Virus record (IMG/VR): IMGVR_UViG_3300026292_000003
Span: 157,644-221,643 of that record
Length of the DNA stretch: 64,000 bases
Strand: one strand, 5' to 3'
Shown here: positions 29,727 through 39,005 of the stretch, piece by piece
Layout: the number at the start of each line of letters is the position of its first letter
How positions within the stretch are numbered: position 1 is the stretch's first letter
Program-made: the position numbers and the translations under genes
The notes under the pieces: model-generated
Told to the model about the DNA's origin: nothing
What the model saw: the letters and a program-made list of their open reading frames with translations, nothing else
The model's database searches: none

Positions 29727-30962
29727 ATGAAATTTAATGATATAAAACAAATGCCACAAGAAGGCGACATTGTAGGTTTAGAATTTGGCGATGTGATGAT
29801 CGAATCTAAATTTGTGGAATATCTAGATGATGGTATCGTAGTAGAAATGGCTCCTAAAGGCGAACAACTATTAAAAGAATTTTTACCTCTTATACCTGCG
29901 GCAGTATGGGCAGGCGGTGCGGCGTGGAGTGCATATGATGCATGGCAGGCAAAAAAAGCATATGACAGAGGTGAAATTACAAAAGGTCAATTAGCAGGAA
30001 GAATTGGTACTGATGCGGCACTTACAATTATAGGTGGTGGATTAGCAAAAGGTGCAGTAAAAGCAACAAAAGCAGTAGCAAAAATGTTTAAGAAAAAACC
30101 AGATGTAAAAATTGATGTACCAAAAGTAGAACCAGTTAAAACAAATAATGTTCCAGTTAAAACAAACAATGTTCCAGTTAAAACAAATAATGTTCCAGTT
30201 AAAACAAACAATGTTCCAGTTTCAACAACTGGTGGAGCAGTAGCAGGTAAGACAACTAGTAAAGTAGTCACAAAGAAAGTTGACGATATAAAAAATAAAA
30301 ATAAGAATAAAAAGAAGAAAAGTAAACTTAATAGATTTGGTGGTAACCTAGCACCAAATGCAACTATGGGTTCTAATCTATCTGGCGTTGTAAACAAATA
30401 TGGATTTGGTTCAACAGTAAATGCATCTATGCAATATGAAGATATGGATGGTGATCAAGCAAAAGTTTTAAAAGGCTTTGATGCAAAAACACAAGCTGAA
30501 ATAGTAAAACTAAAAGCACGTTATCCACAAGCAGACAATTTAATGTCAGCACTATTAGCAGATGTGGCAAGTAAAAATCAGGCAGGTGTTAACAGTGATC
30601 ATAGACAAGATTTAAAATTTAAAGATTTAGAAAAACGTTTATTTGATTTAGAACAAAAGTTAAATGCAAGAGTTACAGAAGAACTTACTGAAGCGGAATA
30701 TCAAGGACGAAAAGTTGAACTAAACAAACCAACACGTGGTGATGTTAAAAAGTTTAAAGTATATGTCAAAGACCCTAAGACTGGAAACGTTAAGAAAGTA
30801 AACTTCGGACACGGCGGAACAAGTGCTGAAGCAAAAGGTGAAAAGACTATGAGTATTAAAAAGTCTAATCCTGAAAGACGTAAGAGTTTTAGAGCAAGAC
30901 ATAACTGTGATAATCCTGGTCCAAAGACTAAAGCACGTTATTGGTCATGCAAGGCTTGGTAA
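29727..30962 (+). CDS. Putative internal head polyprotein
   Basis: MKFNDI leader; hydrophobic Gly/Ala segment; PVKTNNV repeats; C-terminal RRKSFRARHNC..ARYWSC domain. Confidence 0.65.
   Translation: MKFNDIKQMPQEGDIVGLEFGDVMIESKFVEYLDDGIVVEMAPKGEQLLKEFLPLIPAAVWAGGAAWSAYDAWQAKKAYDRGEITKGQLAGRIGTDAALTIIGGGLAKGAVKATKAVAKMFKKKPDVKIDVPKVEPVKTNNVPVKTNNVPVKTNNVPVKTNNVPVSTTGGAVAGKTTSKVVTKKVDDIKNKNKNKKKKSKLNRFGGNLAPNATMGSNLSGVVNKYGFGSTVNASMQYEDMDGDQAKVLKGFDAKTQAEIVKLKARYPQADNLMSALLADVASKNQAGVNSDHRQDLKFKDLEKRLFDLEQKLNARVTEELTEAEYQGRKVELNKPTRGDVKKFKVYVKDPKTGNVKKVNFGHGGTSAEAKGEKTMSIKKSNPERRKSFRARHNCDNPGPKTKARYWSCKAW
30132..30221 (+). repeat. 21-bp coding tandem repeat, 4.3 copies (PVKTNNV)
   Basis: CCAGTTAAAACAAAYAATGTT repeated. 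Confidence 0.95.
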
Positions 30963-30965
30963 TAA

Positions 30966-31085
30966 ATGAGCAGAAAAACTTCCCCAAAACAAAAAATACA
31001 GAACCTTCGTTCTGCTAAAAAAAAGTTTAAAAGAAAACTTAATTTTAAAATTAAAAAAAGAAAACAAAGACAGGGTTTAGTATAA
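30966..31085 (+). CDS. Very basic 39-aa peptide
   Basis: MSRKTSPKQKIQNLRSAKKKFKRKLNFKIKKRKQRQGLV; TAATG-coupled to next gene. Confidence 0.55.
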   Translation: MSRKTSPKQKIQNLRSAKKKFKRKLNFKIKKRKQRQGLV

Positions 31086-31282
31086 TGGATATTGATAGAC
31101 TAAAAGTATTAGCAGGTGTAAATAAATCTGTTGCTGAATCTCCTGAAGGATCTAACATAAGTATTATTGGATCTGAAAAAGCAAAAATTCAAAGAGAACG
31201 TAAAATTAAACCAGGAACAGACGAATGGTTTAAATTGTGGTTTTCAAGACCACATCTTACTGGTGAAAAACCAACAAAATAG
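31085..31282 (+). CDS. Putative internal head protein
   Basis: MDIDRLKVLAGV leader; IKPGTDEWFKLWFSRP. Confidence 0.65.
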   Translation: MDIDRLKVLAGVNKSVAESPEGSNISIIGSEKAKIQRERKIKPGTDEWFKLWFSRPHLTGEKPTK

Positions 31283-31293
31283 GAGAACGCATA

Positions 31294-31680
31294 ATGGGTA
31301 CGGCAACCCTTTTACTTTTTGTACTAATGTGCAAACACGCGATTTGCGACTTGGCACTACAGTCATTTAGAACACCAACAGACAAATATAAGTATTTCAA
31401 TAAAGGTTTACATATACATTCATTAGATCACGGAATAGGTGCGTTCATTGTACTACTATTCTTTATAAACCCATTGTACGCCGCTCTATTTGCGTTTATT
31501 GACTATATTTTCCATTGGCATATTGACTTTATTAAAACAAATATTACTCGAAAATTTGGCTGGACAAAAGATGGTAAGGCTTTTTGGCGTCTACAAACAT
31601 TTGATCAAATTGCTCACTATGCAACGTATGCTCTAATAGTGTATTTGATATTTAAATGCCCTTTATGCATAATTAGATAA
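31294..31680 (+). CDS. DUF3307-like membrane protein
   Basis: KHAICDLALQ, HSLDHG, HWHIDFIK, DQIAH. Confidence 0.75.
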   Translation: MGTATLLLFVLMCKHAICDLALQSFRTPTDKYKYFNKGLHIHSLDHGIGAFIVLLFFINPLYAALFAFIDYIFHWHIDFIKTNITRKFGWTKDGKAFWRLQTFDQIAHYATYALIVYLIFKCPLCIIR

Positions 31681-31688
31681 ATACAGTT

Positions 31689-34600
31689 ATGCGTATAAAC
31701 GAAGTAGATAGAGAACTAACTCAGACTGAACTAGATCAACTAGAAACCTTTGCAGATAGATTATTTGCAAAGATAGGTATTGATGTAGAATTCACCCGAC
31801 ATTTTTTGGATAGAGTAAATGATGAACGTAATGTAAAACAAATTACGGCAGGTGAATTAACTCGTTTATTCAAACAAGAATACAAAAGATGGGGTAAACA
31901 AATTGCACAATTAGGTCCTGATACAGAAGCAGTATTAAAAGATCTTGCAACCGATGTTAATATACCCTTTGCCTTGCGTTGGGATTCTTCAAATAACGAA
32001 TTAGATCTTATTGCTAAAACAGTAATGAGAAAACCAGATTTCAAAACAAGTAATCAAGAATTTGCAGTAGAATATAAAACTTCAACAAACGATCTTAATA
32101 TTATAATGGAGGGATTACCTGCATTAAATAATGGTGGTGCGTTAGGAACAGGACTTTCTCCAGCTGAATTTAAAACAAGATATGGAATGTCTCCTGCTAA
32201 TGCAAACAAAACACTAGGAAATGTTATTGAATTATTTCCACAAGAAATTAAAAACAATCCAAGATTTAGACCTTTTATTAAACAATATATAATGAATCCA
32301 AAACAACTTGGAAATCTTCAAGCAGTTAATGATAATGTTATAGATCTTGATAAATGGAAAAAGAAAAAATTAAATAATAAATCTTGGAAAAACTTTTTTA
32401 AAAAAGCACCAATAAGAGCAGTAGGTTCGTTCCTTACTTTTCTATTAACACCTACACAATTAGGTGATGGTGAAATTCCAATGGACGAACGTATGGTTAT
32501 GGATACAATAAGCAAAATGTCAGATGCTGATCCACTAGCAATGATGGAACTTATAAAATCATCATATCCAGACACTTATCAAGATAATTGGTATTACAAA
32601 AATGCGGCTGAAAAATATTCAGATCAAGTTATAGCACAATTAGATGGAAAAGTGGATCCTTCTTTACAAAAAGCAGTAGAGAAAGTTAGAAAAGCAAAAG
32701 AGATGGAAAAGTGGAATGCTATGCCACTTGATCCAGGTTTACAAAAAGCATTAGATGCTTCTCAACCAAAAGTAGATTTTACTACAGGACCTGAATTGGG
32801 TCACCCTGCTCCAAAAATTGATCCAGCTCCAGATATGCCAGAGCCTGCTAATGATCCAGAACCAATTAAGCAACCAGAAGTAATTCCGTTTCCACAACCA
32901 AGACCAGAGAAACAACCTGAAGTTCCTGAGCCAGATAAAAAGCCAGAAGTTGAACCAGAAGGTCCAGAACAACCCAAAGAACCAGAAGTAAAACCAGATG
33001 AGAAACCAAAAGTTATTCCGTTTCCACCTGCACCCGAAGTTCCAGAAGTTCCTGAATTGCCAGATCCAACTACAACTCCAGAGCCAATTAAGACTCCAGA
33101 GCCAATTACAACTCCTGAGCCAATTAAGACTCCAGAACCAATTAAGCAACCAGAACCAGAAATTCAACCAGCTCCGGTTAGAGATCCAGATAAGGATCCA
33201 TTACCACAACCAGATTATGAGCCAAAAGATATTCCTATTGAAATACCTGAGCCAATTAAAATTGAGCCAGCACCGGAACCAGTTCCACAGCCAGAACCAA
33301 TTAAGCAACCAGAGCCAATTAAGCAACCAGAAATAGTGCCAACTCCAGGTAATGTTACAGCACCAGATGTTGGAATAATTCCGGCTCCATTACCAGTTCC
33401 AGCTCCAGCACCAGTTCCGCCAGGAATTCAACAAAAACCTTATAGAAGAAAAAGATGGGATACAGGTGGATACAATGACTTATACAAAACTAATTTATAT
33501 AGATGGACACAAAAATACGGAACATTTGAAAATGACAAATTAAATAAAATGTTACTTACACTTGGTGAAAACAGTATTAGTACTAGAACTAACGTTACAA
33601 CAAATAAAACTGGAAATGGTACAAACCAAACATTTAGTAAATATATTCAAAAGACTGGAAACGATGGCGGTACATCTTTAAGTAAAGTATCAAATCTAAA
33701 TAAGACAGCTAGTGGAACTACAGGTACTACTACAAAAAGATTTGTGAGACCAGGAGGAAGTGGAACAAACACAACATTTAACCACGGAACTGGAAAAGTT
33801 ACTAGAACTAATTTTCAATTAAAAGGTCCACAAAGCTGGGCATATGATAAGAAATTAAATTCATCAGTAACTAAAGAAGCTCAAGCAGTAGCAGGTGGAA
33901 AAGTACATAAAAATATTACAGGGCATAACTTAACTTGGAAAGGTGTTAAACAAGAGAGAATAGACTTTGAATTAATTAGTATTGATAATGCTACTAAAAG
34001 TGTTAAATTAGGAATACTTAAACCAGAAGAATTTGCAGGTGAAGTAGCTAACGTATCATTTAAAACACTTCGTAGAGGACCATTTGTAAAAACAGAATTA
34101 AATGAATCAATTATTATGGAAGGCGGAGCAATGCCAGGCGTTGGTGCAATCCATATAGATGAAATAAACCCAACACTAGAACAACTAGAAAAGTCATTAG
34201 GATTAGATTTAAAAAACTTTACATTAGGTAGTGTTGGTAAAAGACAATTTAGCGGTGATATTGATGTAGCGTTAAATTTGAAGCCTGAAGATCTTCCAGC
34301 GTTTGTTGAGAAGCTTAAAAAGAATCCTTTAATTAAGGATATAGCAAAATCAAGTGTTATAATGACAAAAGTACAAATTCAGAATTTTGATAAATCTAAA
34401 TCAGATGGAAGACCACGTACAGGTTTTGTACAATTAGATTTCATGCCAGGTGATCCAGGTTGGTTAAAAACTTACTTTCATTCACCAAGTGAAAAGGAAT
34501 CAAAATATAAAGGTGTGTTCCGTAACGTAATGGTAGCTACAATGGCCGCAGTACATAATAGAGATGACAGTGATGCTGAAGTGGAAGATGGAAGACCTTT

Positions 34601-34916
34601 AGAGAGTAGACGTTTTATGTGGAGCCCCACAGATGGATTAGTACGTGTTCTACGTACTCCAGTTCCAGCAAAGAATGGTAATGGTTATACCAAAAAGAAC
34701 CAAAACAAAGTTATAGATGGACCATGGAAACAAGCTGATGAAATCGCAAAACAACTTGGGTTAAATAGTGCAAAGGACTTAAACAGTTTTGAATCATTGT
34801 TAGATGCAATGAAAAAGAGCTATACTCAAGAAGAGCAGAAGAAAGTCATTGATAATTTAAAAGATAGTAAAGTAGTCCAAGACATTGGTTTACCTGACGA
34901 AATTAAAGATCTATAA
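31689..34916 (+). CDS. Multidomain protein: N-terminal HFLDR domain, Pro/Glu linker, C-terminal Pol-beta-type nucleotidyltransferase
   Basis: MRINEV leader; FTRHFLDRVND; PEPIKQ repeats; LGSVGK...SGDIDV...VQLDF. Confidence 0.75.
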   Translation: MRINEVDRELTQTELDQLETFADRLFAKIGIDVEFTRHFLDRVNDERNVKQITAGELTRLFKQEYKRWGKQIAQLGPDTEAVLKDLATDVNIPFALRWDSSNNELDLIAKTVMRKPDFKTSNQEFAVEYKTSTNDLNIIMEGLPALNNGGALGTGLSPAEFKTRYGMSPANANKTLGNVIELFPQEIKNNPRFRPFIKQYIMNPKQLGNLQAVNDNVIDLDKWKKKKLNNKSWKNFFKKAPIRAVGSFLTFLLTPTQLGDGEIPMDERMVMDTISKMSDADPLAMMELIKSSYPDTYQDNWYYKNAAEKYSDQVIAQLDGKVDPSLQKAVEKVRKAKEMEKWNAMPLDPGLQKALDASQPKVDFTTGPELGHPAPKIDPAPDMPEPANDPEPIKQPEVIPFPQPRPEKQPEVPEPDKKPEVEPEGPEQPKEPEVKPDEKPKVIPFPPAPEVPEVPELPDPTTTPEPIKTPEPITTPEPIKTPEPIKQPEPEIQPAPVRDPDKDPLPQPDYEPKDIPIEIPEPIKIEPAPEPVPQPEPIKQPEPIKQPEIVPTPGNVTAPDVGIIPAPLPVPAPAPVPPGIQQKPYRRKRWDTGGYNDLYKTNLYRWTQKYGTFENDKLNKMLLTLGENSISTRTNVTTNKTGNGTNQTFSKYIQKTGNDGGTSLSKVSNLNKTASGTTGTTTKRFVRPGGSGTNTTFNHGTGKVTRTNFQLKGPQSWAYDKKLNSSVTKEAQAVAGGKVHKNITGHNLTWKGVKQERIDFELISIDNATKSVKLGILKPEEFAGEVANVSFKTLRRGPFVKTELNESIIMEGGAMPGVGAIHIDEINPTLEQLEKSLGLDLKNFTLGSVGKRQFSGDIDVALNLKPEDLPAFVEKLKKNPLIKDIAKSSVIMTKVQIQNFDKSKSDGRPRTGFVQLDFMPGDPGWLKTYFHSPSEKESKYKGVFRNVMVATMAAVHNRDDSDAEVEDGRPLESRRFMWSPTDGLVRVLRTPVPAKNGNGYTKKNQNKVIDGPWKQADEIAKQLGLNSAKDLNSFESLLDAMKKSYTQEEQKKVIDNLKDSKVVQDIGLPDEIKDL

Positions 34917-34945
34917 TTGACTTTTTTCAATATATTAGTTATAAT
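34917..34945 (+). promoter_or_regulatory. sigma70-type promoter; ATG 5 nt after -10 (leaderless)
   Basis: TTGACT-N17-TATAAT-AAGCC-ATG. Confidence 0.7.
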
Positions 34946-34950
34946 AAGCC

Positions 34951-36129
34951 ATGCCAGAAAAATACTGCATATACACGAATAATTTCACCTTTGTAGACAA
35001 TGATGGCTATGTTGCGTTATGTTGTAAGAACTTAAAAAACAAACTAACACAATATCATATCAAAGATTACAAATTAAGCGAAATATGGAATAGCCCAGAA
35101 ATGCATTCCGTAAGGCAAGAAATTGCCAGCGGAGGAGAACCTATGGGTTGTTTTAAATGTTATGATCCAGAACGTGATGGTGTACGTAGTTTTAGACAAA
35201 AAGCATTAGGTATGATTAACAAAGGTGTACCCTTTGAAGATGAAAAAATACACGCATTAGATTTAAGACTAGGTAATGTATGCAACTTAAGATGTGTAAT
35301 GTGTTTCGCTGGTAATAGTAACAAAATTTTAAAAGATCATAAGCAAATGGCAGACCATTTTAAATGGAAAGAAGGTCGCCTAGAAAAAGAAGCAGAAAAG
35401 TATCACAAAAGCAATTATGACTGGAGTGATGATGAAAGAGCCTGGGAAAACATTATTACCAGTGTAGATAAAAATTTAAAACACGTTTACCTAGCAGGTG
35501 GTGAACCATTTTACTTAAAAAACTTTCCAACAACTGTAGAACGTTTAGGTACACTAGCACCAGATGCTAGATTTGTTATTAACTCAAACGGTACAAGACT
35601 ATTAAGAGAAAAAGATCTAAAACAACTGAAAAAGGTTGAGAATGTATTCATTAGATTTAGTGTTGACGGTTGGGGTGGTGCAGATGAATGGATTAGACAA
35701 GATACAAAATGGGAAGAAAAACTACAAGTAATGGATCAATATTACAAACACTTTAAATTAAGAGTTTGGGATATTACTGCAAATAGTTTAGGTGTTAGAC
35801 AAATACCAAAGCTAATAGAATATCTTTGGGAGCATTATCCTGAAGCAAAAGTACAAATTAGACCCGTAGTTAATAAGACAGAAATATTAATGGAAAATAT
35901 TCCTGATAGACTAAAAGCAAAGCCTTTGGAATTCTTTGAGAAACACAAAAATAAACTTGAAGGTGTTGATCATGTAATTAACGAGATGCGTAAACCATTC
36001 AATCCAGATCCTAACAGAGCAAAAACAGTTAAGCATTGGGTTGATTACTACGATAATACCGGCGTAGTAAAACTAGGTGACTTTGATCCAGAGCTTTCAG
36101 ATTGGATTCAAAGTAATGGGCAACAATAA
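34951..36129 (+). CDS. Radical SAM/twitch protein
   Basis: CNLRCVMC, AGGEP; N-terminal YC..LCC..CFKC. Confidence 0.9.
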   Translation: MPEKYCIYTNNFTFVDNDGYVALCCKNLKNKLTQYHIKDYKLSEIWNSPEMHSVRQEIASGGEPMGCFKCYDPERDGVRSFRQKALGMINKGVPFEDEKIHALDLRLGNVCNLRCVMCFAGNSNKILKDHKQMADHFKWKEGRLEKEAEKYHKSNYDWSDDERAWENIITSVDKNLKHVYLAGGEPFYLKNFPTTVERLGTLAPDARFVINSNGTRLLREKDLKQLKKVENVFIRFSVDGWGGADEWIRQDTKWEEKLQVMDQYYKHFKLRVWDITANSLGVRQIPKLIEYLWEHYPEAKVQIRPVVNKTEILMENIPDRLKAKPLEFFEKHKNKLEGVDHVINEMRKPFNPDPNRAKTVKHWVDYYDNTGVVKLGDFDPELSDWIQSNGQQ

Positions 36130-37333
36130 TTTTTGTAGTATACCTTGGATACATTCAGCAACTAAAACAAATGGTGCTAGTAGAGTATGTTGTTTGATGA
36201 GCAACTACGAACAAGGTAATGGCGGTCAAACAGGACATAACTTCAAAACAGATACTATAGAAGAAATACACAATAGCGAATATACTCGTAATCTTCGTAA
36301 GAAGTTTTTAAAGGGTTATAAACCAATTGAATGTAATACGTGTTGGGTTAAAGAGAAGAATGGTGGACAAAGTAGACGTATGTTTACTAATAAAATGTAC
36401 AAGCATTTAATTGACTATGAGAAAGCATTAAAGATCACAAAAGAAGATGGCAGTACAGATCAAATGCCAGTATATTGGGATTTACGTTTTGGTAACTTAT
36501 GTAATCTAAAGTGTGTTATGTGTGGACCACAAAGTAGCAGTATGTGGTATAAAGATTGGGCTCATATGTATGATACGGATCATTTTGAAGATTCAGGAGA
36601 AAAAATATTTTTTAAAGATAAAGGGGTTGACAGTAACGTATACGATTGGTATACAAGTAGCAACTTCTGGGAGCAAATGGAAAAGAATATAGATCAGCTA
36701 GAACATATATACCTAGTTGGTGGCGAGCCTATGCTTATTGAACAACATTATATATTTTTACAAAAGCTAATAGATAAAGGCGTAAGTCAAAATGTTACAT
36801 TGGAATATGATACAAATATTACTAACGTACACCAACGTGCTATTGAGCAATGGAGTAAGTTTAAAACATTAATGTTAAGAGTAAGTATAGATGATTATGG
36901 AGAACAAAATGATTATATACGTTTTCCTAGCAAATGGTATAAGTTAGATGAGAACATTAAACGTATTAAAGAATTAGTACCAAATACAAAAGTTGAAATA
37001 AGTATAACTTGGCAAATGCTTAATGCATATACATTTTTAAATTTAGTAGAGCATTTTAAAGATTACTTTATTAATATTAGAATATTGTCTGCACCAGAGA
37101 TATTTGATCCAAAACACTTACCAAAACAGGCTAAATTAGAGCTTATTGATATGTACAATAGTTCTGTACATAAAGATAAACTAAAGCATCTAATAAGCTA
37201 TCTAACAAATAACTTAAATAATAATAGATTATTATACCAAGAATCAGCAGATTTTCTAAATAGGCTAGATGTATTAAGAGGTACAGATTGGCCCAAAACG
37301 TTCAAGCAACTGCATAAATCGATAAATATATAA
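36116..37333 (+). CDS. Radical SAM/twitch protein
   Basis: CNLKCVMC, GGEP; FCSIPW..VCC..CNTC. Confidence 0.9.
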   Translation: MGNNNFCSIPWIHSATKTNGASRVCCLMSNYEQGNGGQTGHNFKTDTIEEIHNSEYTRNLRKKFLKGYKPIECNTCWVKEKNGGQSRRMFTNKMYKHLIDYEKALKITKEDGSTDQMPVYWDLRFGNLCNLKCVMCGPQSSSMWYKDWAHMYDTDHFEDSGEKIFFKDKGVDSNVYDWYTSSNFWEQMEKNIDQLEHIYLVGGEPMLIEQHYIFLQKLIDKGVSQNVTLEYDTNITNVHQRAIEQWSKFKTLMLRVSIDDYGEQNDYIRFPSKWYKLDENIKRIKELVPNTKVEISITWQMLNAYTFLNLVEHFKDYFINIRILSAPEIFDPKHLPKQAKLELIDMYNSSVHKDKLKHLISYLTNNLNNNRLLYQESADFLNRLDVLRGTDWPKTFKQLHKSINI

Positions 37334-37346
37334 AAGGAGCATACTT

Positions 37347-37799
37347 ATGAAAGTTAATGAAATAGTAACAGAACAAGGTGTTATAGTCAAAGGCGTAAAC
37401 ACAACAGTCGATGTTCAACCTGGTGAAACAGAGCGTCAGGCGGCTAAACTATTCCCAATGAATAAAGGTGGGAAACCAGCATCATTAATTAATGATAAAG
37501 TTCGTAAGAATAGCAATCCACACGTTCTTTTTAATATGGGCTTAACTGAAGAGCAAATACTACTATTAGAAAAAGTAGTTAAGCAATCAAAGCCTATGAA
37601 AGTATTAATGAACCTAGCAAGTAGAAATGATAATAATCCATTTCCAGTAAAAATGGGTGATATTATAGTTAATGTTACACCCGATACTGCTAGAAGAGTT
37701 ATACACCATTATTTTAATTCAAGTGATTTTAGACAAAACGAAATTGAGAAGATGTTAAATGATGCAATGGGATTTAAAAAACTTGTAAAGGAGATTTAA
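37347..37799 (+). CDS. Putative internal head protein
   Basis: GATAAATA, AAGGAG; MKVNEIVTE leader; GVNTTVDV. Confidence 0.65.
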   Translation: MKVNEIVTEQGVIVKGVNTTVDVQPGETERQAAKLFPMNKGGKPASLINDKVRKNSNPHVLFNMGLTEEQILLLEKVVKQSKPMKVLMNLASRNDNNPFPVKMGDIIVNVTPDTARRVIHHYFNSSDFRQNEIEKMLNDAMGFKKLVKEI

Positions 37800-37985
37800 A
37801 TGGACAAAAAGGAAATGTATACCGAGTATGGGTATAGAGGTACTGTTGAATTACAATTAGAAAAAGACCGTAACAAGAAATTAGTAGAAGATAACAAAAA
37901 GCTAGTTGAAGATAATAAAAAACTAATAGAAGCTAATGAGAAATTAATTGAGGACTTAAGAAAGGCTGAAGAGAAATTAATATGA
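37800..37985 (+). CDS. Small coiled-coil protein with NKKLVED heptad repeats
   Basis: AAGGAG SD; four heptad repeats. Confidence 0.6.
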   Translation: MDKKEMYTEYGYRGTVELQLEKDRNKKLVEDNKKLVEDNKKLIEANEKLIEDLRKAEEKLI

Positions 37986-38281
37986 GAATAAATGAAATTA
38001 TTACTAAAGAATTTGCTCCAACAAAAACAGCAAAGCAAGTGGCACACAATGCCCAAGCTGATGCCGCATTCTGGAAAAGCAAACTTGCACCTACTCCATT
38101 AAATAAAGATACAATGGTAATTACTGGTCCTAATGCACAAAACAAGATTGATAATAAAATTGCAAAAGCTAACAGTTTAAGTAAGGCGGCAAATGTAAAC
38201 CCTAATGCATTTACTAACAATTTACAAAAATCTTTTAGTAATAATACATCAAAATTTAAAACTAAATTTGGAAGATCATAA
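37982..38281 (+). CDS. Basic Asn/Lys-rich putative internal protein
   Basis: MRINEIITKE leader; no Glu afterwards. Confidence 0.65.
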   Translation: MRINEIITKEFAPTKTAKQVAHNAQADAAFWKSKLAPTPLNKDTMVITGPNAQNKIDNKIAKANSLSKAANVNPNAFTNNLQKSFSNNTSKFKTKFGRS

Positions 38282-38628
38282 TGAAAATAAGTGAAATTGT
38301 AACAAAGAAAACAGGTGCAGGTACAGTAAAAACTGTAGGTGGAAATGAGATTTCTAGAAGCACTCCTAATATAGGTGGACTACAAACAACTCAATATGCA
38401 GATGGATCTATCAAAAGTACATTCAATACTAACATAGGTGGAACATCTACAAATTTTACAAAAGTAAATGGAATTAATACTAACACAAATATGGCTTCTG
38501 GTAACCTTGCACTTAAAACAACAAACACTGGTAACAATAAATTTAAATTAAATAAAGCCACGTATAATATGGGCGGTGGACAAGGTACCCTAGTAGCACA
38601 GCCAGGTAAGTGGTCAGTAAGGAAGTAG
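38281..38628 (+). CDS. Basic Thr/Asn/Gly-rich putative internal protein
   Basis: MKISEIVTK leader. Confidence 0.65.
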   Translation: MKISEIVTKKTGAGTVKTVGGNEISRSTPNIGGLQTTQYADGSIKSTFNTNIGGTSTNFTKVNGINTNTNMASGNLALKTTNTGNNKFKLNKATYNMGGGQGTLVAQPGKWSVRK

Positions 38629-38630
38629 TT

Positions 38631-39005
38631 ATGAGAATAAATGAAATTACAAAAGAAGGATTTGACGACGCAGGGCAAAAAATTTACAAAGGTAATACAA
38701 CTCGTGTTGTTCATACACCAGTAGCAGATAAAAATATTAGTGTAGCAACCCAACGTATTAATAAATTTGCTAGTGATAGAGCCAGAGATGATCTAACTTA
38801 TAAAGGTGCTAAAATAACTGTACCAGGAACTAATCAAGCTATTGCTAAAGCTAAGAGTAATACAGTTACAGCATACAACAAGCAAGATAAAATAGATCAA
38901 AGATCAGGTGCAGGAACTTCTTACATTACTAAAGGCAAGCCAATTAAGTTTGGTAACAATGATAATGTTAAACTTAATATGTTCAGTAGTAAGGACAAAG
39001 AATGA
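38631..39005 (+). CDS. Basic putative internal protein
   Basis: MRINEITKE leader; AAGGA SD. Confidence 0.65.
   Translation: MRINEITKEGFDDAGQKIYKGNTTRVVHTPVADKNISVATQRINKFASDRARDDLTYKGAKITVPGTNQAIAKAKSNTVTAYNKQDKIDQRSGAGTSYITKGKPIKFGNNDNVKLNMFSSKDKE

Noticed and set aside
30132-30221. Possible CRISPR array
   Set aside because: The 21-bp units are contiguous, have no spacers and are in frame within a CDS; no cas genes are present.
32751-33336. Trp/Phe-rich antisense ORF and Gln-rich alternate-frame ORF
   Set aside because: Shadows of the Pro/Glu repeat region of the 1075-aa gene.
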